Shown here in pieces: positions 48,308-58,593 of a stretch of 64,000 nt of DNA (within the stretch, counting starts at the first letter, position 1; every line of letters starts with the position of its first letter). Origin of the DNA: Candidatus Bathyarchaeota archaeon (lineage in GTDB: Archaea > Thermoproteota > Bathyarchaeia > Bathyarchaeales > Bathycorpusculaceae); NCBI GenBank assembly GCA_963777155.1, contig CAVZPM010000036.1, positions 1-64,000 of the forward strand, read 5' to 3'. The notes under the pieces were generated by a model. The model was given only the letters and a program-made list of their open reading frames with translations. It made no database searches and was not told the origin of the DNA. Position numbers and translations under genes: made by a program.

Positions 48308-49681
48308 GTGCAAAAGAAAATACTCGCTATATTAGTCGTTGTAATAATTGCTGTTGCAGCAGTAGCAGCCATAGAATTATACCCCAAAGCAGCATCACCT
48401 GACGCAAGAGACATAAAGATTGGACTAGTAGCACCAATATCAGGATCGCCGATTGGGCAAGACATGGAACGAGCCGCTGAACTAGCCGTTAAGGAAATCA
48501 ACGATGCAGGCGGAGTCTATGTTTCAAGCTGGAACACCAAAGTAAACATAACCCTTGTACTCGCTGACACAATTAATGATGCCCCAGCCAACGCAGTAAC
48601 CCCAGTTACCCGCGCAGTAGAAACAGACAACGTCGACATGCTCATAGGCGGATACGGCAGCGCAGGAACACTAGCCAACGAGATAGTAGCCATCGAAAAC
48701 AGAGTGCCATACATCATCTCTGGAGCTTCTAACCAACTCGTAACAAGGAGAGGACCACAAGGTAACTATGGCGGCTTTGGACCAAATGGTGCAAACAGTG
48801 TAAGCGACGCAGAAGGCATGAGCTACATCTTCCATTATTGCACAACAACTTACCACTACAGCAAAACAGTCGTTGACTTCTTCGCATCCGAAATGAAACC
48901 CATGGTTGCAGAGAATCGTAACTTCAGTCTTGCATTGCTCTACCGCAATGACGCTTTCGGAACAGGAGTTGCAGCGGCAACTAAATTCTGGATACAGAAC
49001 GAAAGCCTCCCAATCAATATCGTTGCAGACAGAAGCTATGACCCCACAACCACAAACTACCAAACTGACCTAACAGCGGTCGCCGCAGCACATCCAGATG
49101 CAGTTTTCATCGCTGACAACCCCGATAAAACACCACTCATAATAAAACAAGGATGGGACGACGTTGGCTTAAAGACTGTCTATATAGCAGTTGAAAACAA
49201 CCAAGATGAAGCCTTCTACGACCTTCTGGGAAGCGTAGGTGACGGACAGCTTCTCGAGTCAAAACTTAATCCCTTCATGACACCTTCGTACTCTACAGTT
49301 GTAGAAAACTATGCTAAGGCTTTCGACGTAGCCTATCCACATGTTATGCCGGGAATGATGGGTGCCGATACATATGATGCAGTATACATCGCTAAAGACG
49401 CAATCCAAAGAGCAGGATCAGTTGACAAAGCAGCAGTTCGCACAGCAATCGAGAGCACAAACATCGACCAAATGCTTATCCAAACAAAGACAGGCAAAAT
49501 ACAGTTTAGCACAGGGGTCAACTACCACGAAATCGACCCAGTAACCTTCATTGAGCAACTTAAATGGGATGCATCAACCAGTCATCTGACATCACAAATA
49601 GTTTGGTCACCACCAAGCAGTACCAACCTCAAACAAGCAGACTTCGTCTTACCAACAGGCTACCTATCTGGAGATCACTAG
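48308..49681 (+). CDS. livK: ABC transporter substrate-binding protein (LivJ/K family), N-terminal membrane anchor
   Basis: IKIGLVAPISG, AVKEINDAGG, IGGYGS, YDAVY..KDAIQRAGS. Confidence 0.85.
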   Translation: MQKKILAILVVVIIAVAAVAAIELYPKAASPDARDIKIGLVAPISGSPIGQDMERAAELAVKEINDAGGVYVSSWNTKVNITLVLADTINDAPANAVTPVTRAVETDNVDMLIGGYGSAGTLANEIVAIENRVPYIISGASNQLVTRRGPQGNYGGFGPNGANSVSDAEGMSYIFHYCTTTYHYSKTVVDFFASEMKPMVAENRNFSLALLYRNDAFGTGVAAATKFWIQNESLPINIVADRSYDPTTTNYQTDLTAVAAAHPDAVFIADNPDKTPLIIKQGWDDVGLKTVYIAVENNQDEAFYDLLGSVGDGQLLESKLNPFMTPSYSTVVENYAKAFDVAYPHVMPGMMGADTYDAVYIAKDAIQRAGSVDKAAVRTAIESTNIDQMLIQTKTGKIQFSTGVNYHEIDPVTFIEQLKWDASTSHLTSQIVWSPPSSTNLKQADFVLPTGYLSGDH

Positions 49682-49786
49682 ATAAAAACCAACCTCCCTC
49701 CCTTTTCTTTTATTTCTCGCATGTTTTAAATAGTTAACAAGAGAAGTTATGTCAATCGCCAAAATAAAGAAAGGATGCGATAGACC

Positions 49787-50665
49787 ATGGACTTAACGGC
49801 ACCAACAATACTCCTAACGTTAGTTTGGGGTGTTGCCATCGGTTGTGTATACATTCTTCTGGCAACGGGTCTAAATATAATCTTTGGCGTAATGAAACTC
49901 GTTAATTTTGCCCATGGTCAGTTGCTCATGATAAGTGCGTTCTTAACATGGACAATATCTGTTTCATTGGGGGTAAACGCTTATCTCGCCATAATAATAT
50001 CTATGATTATTGTTGCCCTATTAGGGGTGGTAGTTGAAAGATTCACCTTTCGCAGGGTTCTGGGCACGGACAAACTTAACGAAATATTTGTGAGCTTGGG
50101 TCTAATCTACATTTTTGAAAACGTAGCTATGCTCATTTGGGGAGCCAGTTCAAAGCAAGTGACTAGCCCTTTTTATGGTATGAGCGTTAGTTTACCGGGC
50201 TTCTCAATAACATATGACCGAGTCATAGCTGTGTTCGTAGTGGTCGCTGCACTTGCAACTTTTGGCTTGCTTCTTTGGAAAACGAAAATTGGGTTAGCCA
50301 TGCGAGCAACCAGCCAAAGAAACACAACAGCTACGCTAATGGGGATAAACGTCCAGAAAGTTTACATGTTTACCTTCGCAATTGGAGCCGCGTTAGCAGC
50401 GGTCGCTGGAGGATTGTATGGCGTAATTTACCCCTTTGACTATCAGGTTGGGGCTCTACCTACAATCATTGCTTTCGCCATCATAATAATGGGCGGTTTA
50501 GGAAGCATAAAAGGCGCTATAATCGGCGGCTTACTCTACGGCATAACAGAGCAGATGGCAACCCTGTTTTTGGGAGGTACATGGGGAAGTGCAGTTGCTT
50601 TCACCTTGCTAATTGTTGTACTTATAATTAGACCGAATGGAATATTCGGGGAGAAGGGAGAATAA
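49787..50665 (+). CDS. livH: ABC transporter permease
   Basis: GLNIIFGVMKLVNFAHG, GLAMRA, GGLGS. Confidence 0.92.
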   Translation: MDLTAPTILLTLVWGVAIGCVYILLATGLNIIFGVMKLVNFAHGQLLMISAFLTWTISVSLGVNAYLAIIISMIIVALLGVVVERFTFRRVLGTDKLNEIFVSLGLIYIFENVAMLIWGASSKQVTSPFYGMSVSLPGFSITYDRVIAVFVVVAALATFGLLLWKTKIGLAMRATSQRNTTATLMGINVQKVYMFTFAIGAALAAVAGGLYGVIYPFDYQVGALPTIIAFAIIIMGGLGSIKGAIIGGLLYGITEQMATLFLGGTWGSAVAFTLLIVVLIIRPNGIFGEKGE

Positions 50666-50666
50666 A

Positions 50667-51761
50667 ATGCAAATCAAACAAACACTAAGCAGGTTCTTGC
50701 ATTCTAGGAGCTTCCTCTTCATCGTTGCCTTCTTTGTCATCATGGCTTTTATTCCATTACTTTTTCGAGATAATTTTTTCCTAACAGTCATGACACTAAT
50801 AACTATCTTTTCAATCTACGCCGCAAGCTGGAATTTCTTGGCAAATTCAGGGCAGGGTTCCCTAGGACACGCTGTATTCTTAGGCGTAGGCGGCTTTGCC
50901 TCAGCAATAATTGGCAGTTCAATATCGAAAGCGACAGTAAATTTTCTTGGCACCACCCAAATGCCGGTGGGCGGTTTATCCGCTACTATCTTAATAGTAG
51001 CGCTTCTGCTAGGCGGACTACTTTCAGCGGGAGTTGGGTTACTGATAGGTTTAGCCTGCATAAGACTGAAGGCATGGTACTTGGCTATGGTAACGTTTGG
51101 TTTTTCAGTGATAGCGGCAACATTGTCAAGTCAATTTGATTCAATCACCCAGGGAATAAACGGATATGCTACGACAACGCTTGTGGCCAAAGGTTACCCA
51201 TTTTACCTTCTGGTTGTTCTCTTCGCTTTGACCTCCATTTCGGTAATGTACTTCATAATGAATTCAAGAATGGGGTTAGCATTCAGAGCAATCCATGGAA
51301 ATGAAACCGAAGCAAAGATGATTGGAGTAAACACCGCAAAATACAAGTTGCTAGCTTTTATCATAAGCACATTCTTCGCCGGGATATCTGGAGGCTTGTA
51401 CGCTTACTTTATCAGACTCATCGACAACTCAATCTTTTCACCAGCAAACTCATTCCTACCGCTAATAATGTCAGTCATCGGAGGCTTAGGAACAGTTCCA
51501 GGACCAATCATCGGATCAATATTCTTGGTCTCAATCCAGCAAATCTCCACATTACCCACTGTTGTTAATTCCCTAAATGGCGCACTTGGGATGTATTTCC
51601 CAAGTGTAAGTAACGTTGGACCACCTTTGAGCCTCCTAGCCATAGGCGTAATACTTATAGTCATCGTGATCTTCGCTCCAAAAGGCTTGATATCACTGCT
51701 CCGCAAAATCTACAAATACCTTATGTCCGAACCAAAAAACAAAGAGACAAAACTCAAATGA
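50667..51761 (+). CDS. livM: ABC transporter permease
   Basis: GQGSLGHA, YLAMVT, GLAFRAI, GGLGT..GP..G. Confidence 0.9.
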   Translation: MQIKQTLSRFLHSRSFLFIVAFFVIMAFIPLLFRDNFFLTVMTLITIFSIYAASWNFLANSGQGSLGHAVFLGVGGFASAIIGSSISKATVNFLGTTQMPVGGLSATILIVALLLGGLLSAGVGLLIGLACIRLKAWYLAMVTFGFSVIAATLSSQFDSITQGINGYATTTLVAKGYPFYLLVVLFALTSISVMYFIMNSRMGLAFRAIHGNETEAKMIGVNTAKYKLLAFIISTFFAGISGGLYAYFIRLIDNSIFSPANSFLPLIMSVIGGLGTVPGPIIGSIFLVSIQQISTLPTVVNSLNGALGMYFPSVSNVGPPLSLLAIGVILIVIVIFAPKGLISLLRKIYKYLMSEPKNKETKLK

Positions 51762-52120
51762 AAGGCACAGATCATTTTGCAGAAGCCTTAGGCATCAATG
51801 TTCTTGAAGCAAAGGACGGTTACGCAAAAGTAACGATGAAGGTTGAAAAGATCCATACAAACGCCTTAGGGTTTACACATGGTGGCGCAATCTTTTCGTT
51901 GGCAGACTACGCGTTTGCTCAGGCATGCAACTTCGGCGACAACGTTGCAGTGGCGGTTCAAGTTAGCATAAACTTTCTTAAGCCCTCAGTAGAAGGCGAC
52001 ACGTTGATCGCAGAGGCAACCCGGGTTTCAGACGGCAAAACAATGGGCTTATACAATGTTATAGTATGCAATCAAAGCAAACAGGTTGCTGTTTTTTCGG
52101 GTTTAGCCTTTAAAAAGTAA
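51758..52120 (+). CDS. paaI: PaaI-family hotdog acyl-CoA thioesterase
   Basis: N..GFTHGGAIFSLADYAFA.ACN. Confidence 0.9.
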   Translation: MKGTDHFAEALGINVLEAKDGYAKVTMKVEKIHTNALGFTHGGAIFSLADYAFAQACNFGDNVAVAVQVSINFLKPSVEGDTLIAEATRVSDGKTMGLYNVIVCNQSKQVAVFSGLAFKK

Positions 52121-52199
52121 GCAAGCGTTTTGGCGGATGGAATAAAAAGTAGGCTATGCCAACAATATTTTTATGTCAGTCATAGCCCTAGAATCACGT

Positions 52200-52275
52200 G
52201 CTGGGGTGGCCGAATCGCTGAGGCGGTAGCCTGCAGAGCTGCTCTATATGGGTTCAATTCCCATCCCCAGCTCCA
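52200..52275 (+). tRNA. tRNA-Cys(GCA)
   Basis: GCTGGGG/CCCCAGC acceptor stem, CTGCAGA anticodon loop, GTTCAATTC, U73 plus CCA. Confidence 0.9.
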
Positions 52276-52349
52276 CGGATATTTAGACATAATAACAAAA
52301 ACAAGCTTGCTTTTCTGGAATACTGCTGAAGGAAAAGTTGTTTTTGGGT

Positions 52350-52739
52350 TTAGACAAATTGAGTTGTTTGGTAACGTTGGAGATTTGTTCTATCAAGGTC
52401 TGCAATTTGTCTTTTTATGTCACCATTTCGATCAGTCTTACAAGCGTTTCTCTCGTCAATACTTTCCAAAGTAGGGATCTTTATATGCCTCATTGTTTTG
52501 CCGCTTCCTTCAAACATACTTATCTCATCATCACTCAATCCAGCGACTGCAAAACCGATATGAACGCAATTCTTCATAGCGGCAATGTAGAATTTACCTG
52601 ACGAAAACGTTACGACACCCCAAGCCATTTTTTCTTCGCAGTTTGGAAGCGTTTCTTGGAAGATTTTTCTTACTTTTTGTAGAATTTCCTTCTGAGGCGA
52701 TTTTTGCTTCTCTATATACGCATCAGCTTGTTTGCCCAC
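52350..52739 (-). CDS. DUF1801 (YdhG-like) protein; 3' end probably frameshifted
   Basis: YIEKQ...EEKMAWG...HIGF...FEGSGKTMRHIKI. Confidence 0.8.
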   Translation of the reverse strand: MGKQADAYIEKQKSPQKEILQKVRKIFQETLPNCEEKMAWGVVTFSSGKFYIAAMKNCVHIGFAVAGLSDDEISMFEGSGKTMRHIKIPTLESIDERNACKTDRNGDIKRQIADLDRTNLQRYQTTQFV

Positions 52740-52958
52740 TCAATTCACTCCGTACTTGGTGATCTAATATTTGCAAACTTTTTGGATATAACACTAAACC
52801 CTTTGCTCGCTTAAAAATGGGTTTTGATGATGATGTCAAAAATGCAAAAATGTTTTAAAGAATTTTGGTAAAGTCTTCTGCAGCTTTAGTAATTAACTTC
52901 ACAACGAACTCATTTAACATCTCTGCGAAATTGCAGAAAGAAAGAACAAAAAAAGGTA

Positions 52959-54167
52959 TCAGAAGCTCACGAAGTTGAATTTAATTATTGAAACCACGCC
53001 CCACAAATTGACCAAAATACTCAGAATTATCAGAGCCTTTTCTTCCCAACCTAAGTTTTCTCTCATACCTTTTGCCGCGAGGAGTATAAGGAATGGCGTG
53101 AAGTCGAGGCTAAAGCGGTAGCCGAATTGGGTGAAGCCTACAGTGCCGTGGGTAATCAGGATGGGCAGAATACAGACTACAGCTAATGCAGCGTATTTGC
53201 TGAGTTTGTTCCATGGTCCTTTGAAGATGTAGATGAAAGCAGGTGTGGTGAAAAACAAGCCTAAGCCCACCCAATTTGGCTCAAAGTATGGGAAGCTGTT
53301 TAGTTGGATTGGCCCTTGGAACAGGATAGCGTAGATGTGACGCGGGATGTAGCTGAGGCTAAAGATTCCGTTTGTAAAGTAGGGGTCCTGCTCGATGCCT
53401 GGTATGAGCGTGTAGCCAAGGTCGGAGAAGACTCCCCAACGACCAAAATTATACAGTTCATACACGCCAACTAGTATGCCTAAACCTATCAGGAAATAGG
53501 CAATTTGTCTTAGTCTGGGTTTCCAGACGCTGTTTTGCTCATAAATTAGAAGCAGAAAGAATGGAAAAGAAAGCACCACTGGCAGCCGTGACAAGAACGC
53601 AAAGCCTAAAAGTAAACCTGTGATGAATGGACTTTTCTTGGAGAGAGCAAAAATTATGGCTAATGTCAGAAAAAGAACAGCTACGACATGCTCAATGTAC
53701 CAGGATGAACCAACCGATGCAATAAACCAAAAACATGTTCCGAAGCCAAAAAGAGCAGTTAACCAAACCGTTTTGCTTCCGTTCACACCAGTTTTCTTCA
53801 TCATGAACCAAGTGGCAGCGACGCAAAGGCATGCGAGAAATATCGACATTAAACCTTGGTCGAAAGATGTACCAAAAACAGCCACGAAGGGTAAAAGAAG
53901 AACCGCGGGCATCGGTGGATAGACAACATAGAAATTGCCGTGATAGGGTACGATTTCAGCAAGTGCTGTTCCACCGCCTGTCACACCCAACCTGCCATGG
54001 AGTAAAGCGTCAGCCAAATAAACAAAATGGTTTTGTCCTGGAGAAGGACCTTTAGTAAGTAAAAGAACCAGAAGGGCAACTAACACTATTATGAGGAGTT
54101 TGTAGCGAATCCTCAAGGATACCAATTTTTGATAGACTCGGGAAAAAGTTACTTTGATCTCGCTCAT
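52959..54167 (-). CDS. Polytopic membrane protein, GT-C-fold glycosyltransferase-like
   Basis: About 10 TM helices; YVVYPP.PA.LLLPF, QFGYRFSLD. Confidence 0.65.
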   Translation of the reverse strand: MSEIKVTFSRVYQKLVSLRIRYKLLIIVLVALLVLLLTKGPSPGQNHFVYLADALLHGRLGVTGGGTALAEIVPYHGNFYVVYPPMPAVLLLPFVAVFGTSFDQGLMSIFLACLCVAATWFMMKKTGVNGSKTVWLTALFGFGTCFWFIASVGSSWYIEHVVAVLFLTLAIIFALSKKSPFITGLLLGFAFLSRLPVVLSFPFFLLLIYEQNSVWKPRLRQIAYFLIGLGILVGVYELYNFGRWGVFSDLGYTLIPGIEQDPYFTNGIFSLSYIPRHIYAILFQGPIQLNSFPYFEPNWVGLGLFFTTPAFIYIFKGPWNKLSKYAALAVVCILPILITHGTVGFTQFGYRFSLDFTPFLILLAAKGMRENLGWEEKALIILSILVNLWGVVSIIKFNFVSF

Positions 54168-54286
54168 TATTGTTACCTTCAGGTTTTGATTTAAGTGGGC
54201 TTTCCAATTAAGTCTTTTAGCTTTTTCGGATTTTACGGCAAGTTATTTTAGAGCAGACAGCCATATAATATCTGGAGGGTATCTTT

Positions 54287-54496
54287 GTGGCTGTTTTGGA
54301 ATGCCCCTTCTGCTACGAAATCCTCGAGGTACAACCGCCTAATCGACTTCATTCAGCTTTTTCCATAGAAAAACCAATGCTAAAAAGTTACCATGGAGAC
54401 ATCGTGAAAACCAAACATAAATGCCAAAATCCTGAATGCAAAAAACCAATAACCATTTTCTGGTATGCTCCACTAGAATATTTCAATAGACTTTAA
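54287..54496 (+). CDS. Small zinc-finger protein
   Basis: CPFC...CQNPEC; GGAGG before GTG. Confidence 0.65.
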   Translation: MAVLECPFCYEILEVQPPNRLHSAFSIEKPMLKSYHGDIVKTKHKCQNPECKKPITIFWYAPLEYFNRL

Positions 54497-54564
54497 CTAA
54501 CCAAAGCATTTAGGGGAAAATAGAGTTAAAAATATAAGCCTCGGATAGACTTGAGGCTGGAAAA

Positions 54565-54990
54565 CTACTTGGCCCTTTTTGGTTGTTTACTAAAATATTC
54601 TTTTAGCGGAATCCAATAGAATTCTGACCAGCCATCGGAAGCCTCATCAGCTATTTCCTTCGGAACATTCGAGTGAACCATCACTATTTGGGTTCCCTTT
54701 GGAACTTCACAGAAAGTCAACTCTAGCCTGGATGGGGGGTAGCCTTCTGGAAAATCTGTAGACTGCCATTCTTGAATCACCCGTTTTCCCTCTTCAAGCT
54801 CGAGGAATTTGCCTGAGATGTATTCATCCCAAGCCGTAAATTTGCCGCCGACTACGGGTTTGCCTGTGGCTTCGCTGCCAGTAAATTCACTGTGTATTTT
54901 GGGGTCTACATAGGCTTCGTAGACTTGTTTGGGAGACACTTTAGGGATGATGATTTTTTGAGTTATTGTCGTTGTTTCTAATTTGTTCAA
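54565..54990 (-). CDS. SRPBCC/AHSA1 domain protein
   Basis: VYEAY.D, VGGKFTAWD..ISG, IQEW, GW..FYW.PLK. Confidence 0.88.
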   Translation of the reverse strand: MNKLETTTITQKIIIPKVSPKQVYEAYVDPKIHSEFTGSEATGKPVVGGKFTAWDEYISGKFLELEEGKRVIQEWQSTDFPEGYPPSRLELTFCEVPKGTQIVMVHSNVPKEIADEASDGWSEFYWIPLKEYFSKQPKRAK

Positions 54991-55061
54991 AATCTCACGA
55001 CCACTTACTATTAGGTTGGAAGGGTTTTTTAACTTTGACGCTTAATTATCGGTGACTAAAA

Positions 55062-55265
55062 ATGGGAAGATGCACCGCTACAAGAGGAGAACGTAGAATC
55101 GGCAGAACCATCTACAAGCTCGGAAACAGCGTTGAGTTAAGCAGCAAAGAAGGCAAGGCGAAGCTGGATGAACAAAAATACAAGCAGAAAACCCAAGCCT
55201 CCCAAGGATACGCTGATGATTCGCCAATTCAGAATTTACGTGATTCTTCAAAACATAGCAAGTAA
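55062..55265 (+). CDS. Small hypothetical protein
   Basis: GGTGA then ATG; 67 aa hydrophilic ORF. Confidence 0.45.
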   Translation: MGRCTATRGERRIGRTIYKLGNSVELSSKEGKAKLDEQKYKQKTQASQGYADDSPIQNLRDSSKHSK

Positions 55266-55373
55266 ACTCTTTAGAACTATCCTTTCGTCTCTTATAGTAC
55301 CTGTGACTGTTTAGTTGCAACCACACAGACTTAATTCCTTTAAGCCCTCACAGTCAAGTGGTGAATTGATTTT

Positions 55374-55679
55374 ATGACTGAAAATATTAATGATCCTCTA
55401 AAGGTTGCTAGTAACGTCTACAAGTTAAAGATGGAGAATAACCGTGTACGCGTATTCGAAGTTACTTTTAAGCCCGGCGATAAAGCCGTGATGCATCACC
55501 ATCCTGACCACGTTGTCTATGTGTTATCCGGTGGAAAGATGAAGTTAACCAGCAATGGAAAAACTGATATTTTAAATCTAGCAGATGGAGACACAATTTT
55601 TCTTAACACACAATCGCATGAAGCAGAAAACATCGGACAATCAACACTTAAGCTCTTAGTGGTTGAACTAAAGAAGTAA
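55374..55679 (+). CDS. Cupin domain protein
   Basis: ENNRVRV...PG...MHHHPDHVVY, HEAENIG. Confidence 0.85.
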   Translation: MTENINDPLKVASNVYKLKMENNRVRVFEVTFKPGDKAVMHHHPDHVVYVLSGGKMKLTSNGKTDILNLADGDTIFLNTQSHEAENIGQSTLKLLVVELKK

Positions 55680-55719
55680 CGTAAGTAGTCTCTAACGCTT
55701 CATTCTTACGGGAATTTAT

Positions 55720-56079
55720 TTGTCAGCCTCATTGAACCAGCAAACAAATTGGAACTATAGAAAAACAGAAGAAAGACTAGTCGTCATAAAAACCAAAAGC
55801 CAGAAGGTACGCAAAGCTGCAGCACAGGACATTCTAACTAACCTACCGTTCACAATAGAAATTCCAGAAAACATCTACATTGAAGATTTGCAAGAGGAAA
55901 AAGAATACTTAGCCCACCTAAAAGTCTACACATCTACCAATCTTGCAGGAATTGATACAGAATTCATAAATTTCTTCGATACCATAGACATCGATCAACC
56001 CATCGAGAATTTTATTAAGGCATATTGGGTTTACCCCAGCAAAATACGCTTTGAACTAACCGATCTCGAAGAACCCTGA
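55720..56079 (+). CDS. Hypothetical protein
   Basis: 119 aa ORF. Confidence 0.55.
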   Translation: MSASLNQQTNWNYRKTEERLVVIKTKSQKVRKAAAQDILTNLPFTIEIPENIYIEDLQEEKEYLAHLKVYTSTNLAGIDTEFINFFDTIDIDQPIENFIKAYWVYPSKIRFELTDLEEP

Positions 56080-56213
56080 CACATTTTTCCAACAGGTTGT
56101 TAGGTGAAAGTTACAATTCTAGTAACGCCAATAAGCATACATGAAAATTGGGGGTTTTTTTTATCTGAAGATCAACGTTTTAACCTCCAATCGAGAGGCT
56201 ATGAACGGTTGGT

Positions 56214-57119
56214 TTATCGAAGTACCATGTTGACGAATTTCTCAGGGTTAAACAGTTCCAGGTCCTTGTAGGTTTGTCCCACTCCGATGAACAGAATTGG
56301 TCTTTGCGTCACGTAGGTCACGCTTAGGGCTGAACCGCCTTTCACGTCGGCATCTACCTTGGTTAGGATAGTTGCGTCGATACAGATTGCTTTGTTGAAT
56401 TCTTCAGCCTGCATAACAGCGTCATTACCGATAAGCGAGTCAACCACGAAAACGGTTAAGTCAGGACATACAACACGCTTAATCTTTACGAGTTCATTCA
56501 TCAAGTTCTGGTTCGTCTGCATTCTACCTGCAGTATCAATCAAGACAATGTTTAAGCCATGTGCTTTCGCGTGACTTACAGCGTCATAAGCTACTGCGGC
56601 TGGGTCACCGCCATAAATACTCTTAATTACACGTATACCCAGACGTTTGCCGTGCTCTTCCAACTGTTCAATTGAGCCTGCTCGATAAGTGTCAGCGGCA
56701 GCAAGCAGAACTGAAAAGCTCTTGTCCCTCAGGAACTGGGCAACCTTGGCTATGGTAGTTGTTTTTCCAGTGCCGTTGATTCCAACAAACATTAAAGTGA
56801 AGGGCTCCTTTTTTTGGCGTTTCTCTTCTGCCAACTTTAAAAGGTCGATTCTTTTGTTCGTTAACATTACGTCCAAAAGAACTTGCCTCAGGTTATCTTC
56901 AACAATTTTCTTTCGGTCATCTAAACGTTTAACCGAAACACCTGCCAAACGCTTCTCCATTTCCTCGCAGATTTTGTCTGCAACTTGGTAGGCAACGTCG
57001 TTTTCGGCAAGGCTCATCTTAAAATCTGATAAAATAGGAGATAAATTTTCTGTTTTAAGCTCAATCGTCGTTACTTTACTTACTAGACCTTTAAACCCAG
57101 ACTTGAGCTTCTCAAACAT
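56214..57119 (-). CDS. ftsY: SRP receptor FtsY
   Basis: GINGTGKTTT, DTYRAG, DTAGR, TKVDAD.KGG. Confidence 0.96.
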   Translation of the reverse strand: MFEKLKSGFKGLVSKVTTIELKTENLSPILSDFKMSLAENDVAYQVADKICEEMEKRLAGVSVKRLDDRKKIVEDNLRQVLLDVMLTNKRIDLLKLAEEKRQKKEPFTLMFVGINGTGKTTTIAKVAQFLRDKSFSVLLAAADTYRAGSIEQLEEHGKRLGIRVIKSIYGGDPAAVAYDAVSHAKAHGLNIVLIDTAGRMQTNQNLMNELVKIKRVVCPDLTVFVVDSLIGNDAVMQAEEFNKAICIDATILTKVDADVKGGSALSVTYVTQRPILFIGVGQTYKDLELFNPEKFVNMVLR

Positions 57120-57123
57120 TTAG

Positions 57124-57579
57124 CTACTGGTTCCCTTCTCGTGCGCTGGAAAGCAGAGTCTCAAGTCGGCCTCTGCCGGTGTTGATTCTTTCAGCCACTT
57201 GACTGAACTGTTGTTGGGCTGCATGCATAGTTTTCTCCAGCTCATCTAGGCGTTCTTTAAGGGTAGTTCTTGCTTGAGAAAGAGTTTGTTCAACCGATAC
57301 GCCAGAACCCAAGCCTATTATTACTTTGTTTGCATCTGCCAACTTTACTTTGACATAGGAGCTTCCGCCAATTGGAACCAACATTTCAGTGTTTTCTTTC
57401 TCTTTTTCTATCCCGTCAAGAGTCATGTTAGCGTAGTTTATGTCAGTTAATGCTGAGTTGACCATGCCTATGCGTTGTTGCAGAGCATCTGCGGTTTGCT
57501 CTAGATAACGCATTTCCATGCTGAGTCTACGAAGTTCCTCTTCAGCTTGAGCTCTCTGCGCCAAGATTTTATTCCCCAC
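57124..57579 (-). CDS. pfdA: Prefoldin alpha subunit
   Basis: LVPIGGSSYV, IIGLGSGVSVE; conserved synteny. Confidence 0.93.
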   Translation of the reverse strand: MGNKILAQRAQAEEELRRLSMEMRYLEQTADALQQRIGMVNSALTDINYANMTLDGIEKEKENTEMLVPIGGSSYVKVKLADANKVIIGLGSGVSVEQTLSQARTTLKERLDELEKTMHAAQQQFSQVAERINTGRGRLETLLSSAREGNQ

Positions 57580-57796
57580 TAACGATTTTCTTTAAGATGG
57601 GGTTTTTGATTTGGTCAACAGAAATTTCTTCTGAGCTTACAATTTTGATATGGTGACGTTTCACACGGTGTCTGCTGCCTATTTCTGCGTAGACTTTTTC
57701 GACTGCGTGTTCGCTTTTGTCAGCTAAGAGTTCTCGAACAAATGGAGTTTTGAGATTTGGCTTGTTGATTTTGCCAGTTACTTTGAAAGTTTTCAT
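57569..57796 (-). CDS. rpl18a: Ribosomal protein LX (eL20/L18ae)
   Basis: AVEKVYAEIGSRHRVKR..IKI. Confidence 0.93.
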   Translation of the reverse strand: MKTFKVTGKINKPNLKTPFVRELLADKSEHAVEKVYAEIGSRHRVKRHHIKIVSSEEISVDQIKNPILKKIVSGE

Positions 57797-58476
57797 TTTT
57801 CTTCTTCCTGCACAACATCCAGTGCGTTCCCAATTATAAACATCTCGGGTCCAGTTGTCATAGAACCAGCCACAGCTGCATGACTATTAGCGATTAAGCC
57901 TGTGCCAACGTAGGGGACACCGCAGTTTACTGTACCAACGTCAACTGGAACTTTGAGGATCTTTTCCAAGGTTTTCTTTTCCTCAGCGGTCAGCATCGGA
58001 TGAGCCAGTACGCCTTTGTTGGTGGCTACAGCCAAAGAGCCAACGTACGGTAACCCTGCGATTTCTGTTGGCACCGCTTCTACACCTAGTGTTTCGGAGA
58101 TTTTTTTGATTTCCGTTTCTTTGAAGCGTGGATCAACAACTGCGCCTTTATCGTTTGCTAAAATTAGGTTGCCGTATGCGTTTTTTTTGGTTTCCATGAT
58201 GGTTATATTGCCTTTGTAAGCTGCTTTTATCTTTTCAAGCTCTTCTTCCCTGACGGCGTTGTGAATTAACATGCCGTTGGAGTTTGCGCATGTTAACGCA
58301 CCGATAAGAACTGAGCCGCTGATTGAGGTGTAGACGAGTTCTGCTTGGAGCCAGTCAGCGTATTCTTGGGCTTTCTGTTTGGGAACTATAACTGGAATTA
58401 TTACTATGTTTTCGGTTGCTAGCGAGTATACGCCTATGCTTGCGCTTCCGACTATGCTTGATAAGTAAACGGTCAA
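57793..58476 (-). CDS. eif6: Translation initiation factor 6
   Basis: IGVY, GNLILANDKGA, GTVNCG, TTGPEM. Confidence 0.95.
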   Translation of the reverse strand: MTVYLSSIVGSASIGVYSLATENIVIIPVIVPKQKAQEYADWLQAELVYTSISGSVLIGALTCANSNGMLIHNAVREEELEKIKAAYKGNITIMETKKNAYGNLILANDKGAVVDPRFKETEIKKISETLGVEAVPTEIAGLPYVGSLAVATNKGVLAHPMLTAEEKKTLEKILKVPVDVGTVNCGVPYVGTGLIANSHAAVAGSMTTGPEMFIIGNALDVVQEEEK

Positions 58477-58593
58477 GAAATATTTCTCCTTGGGTGGTGA
58501 TGATGTTGTTGGCGAAAGGTGTCTTTGTTCTTCCTATTTTAGGTTGTGGTTAACATGGAATAATAGAAACAGAATTGTTTGAAAAGAAGGAAA

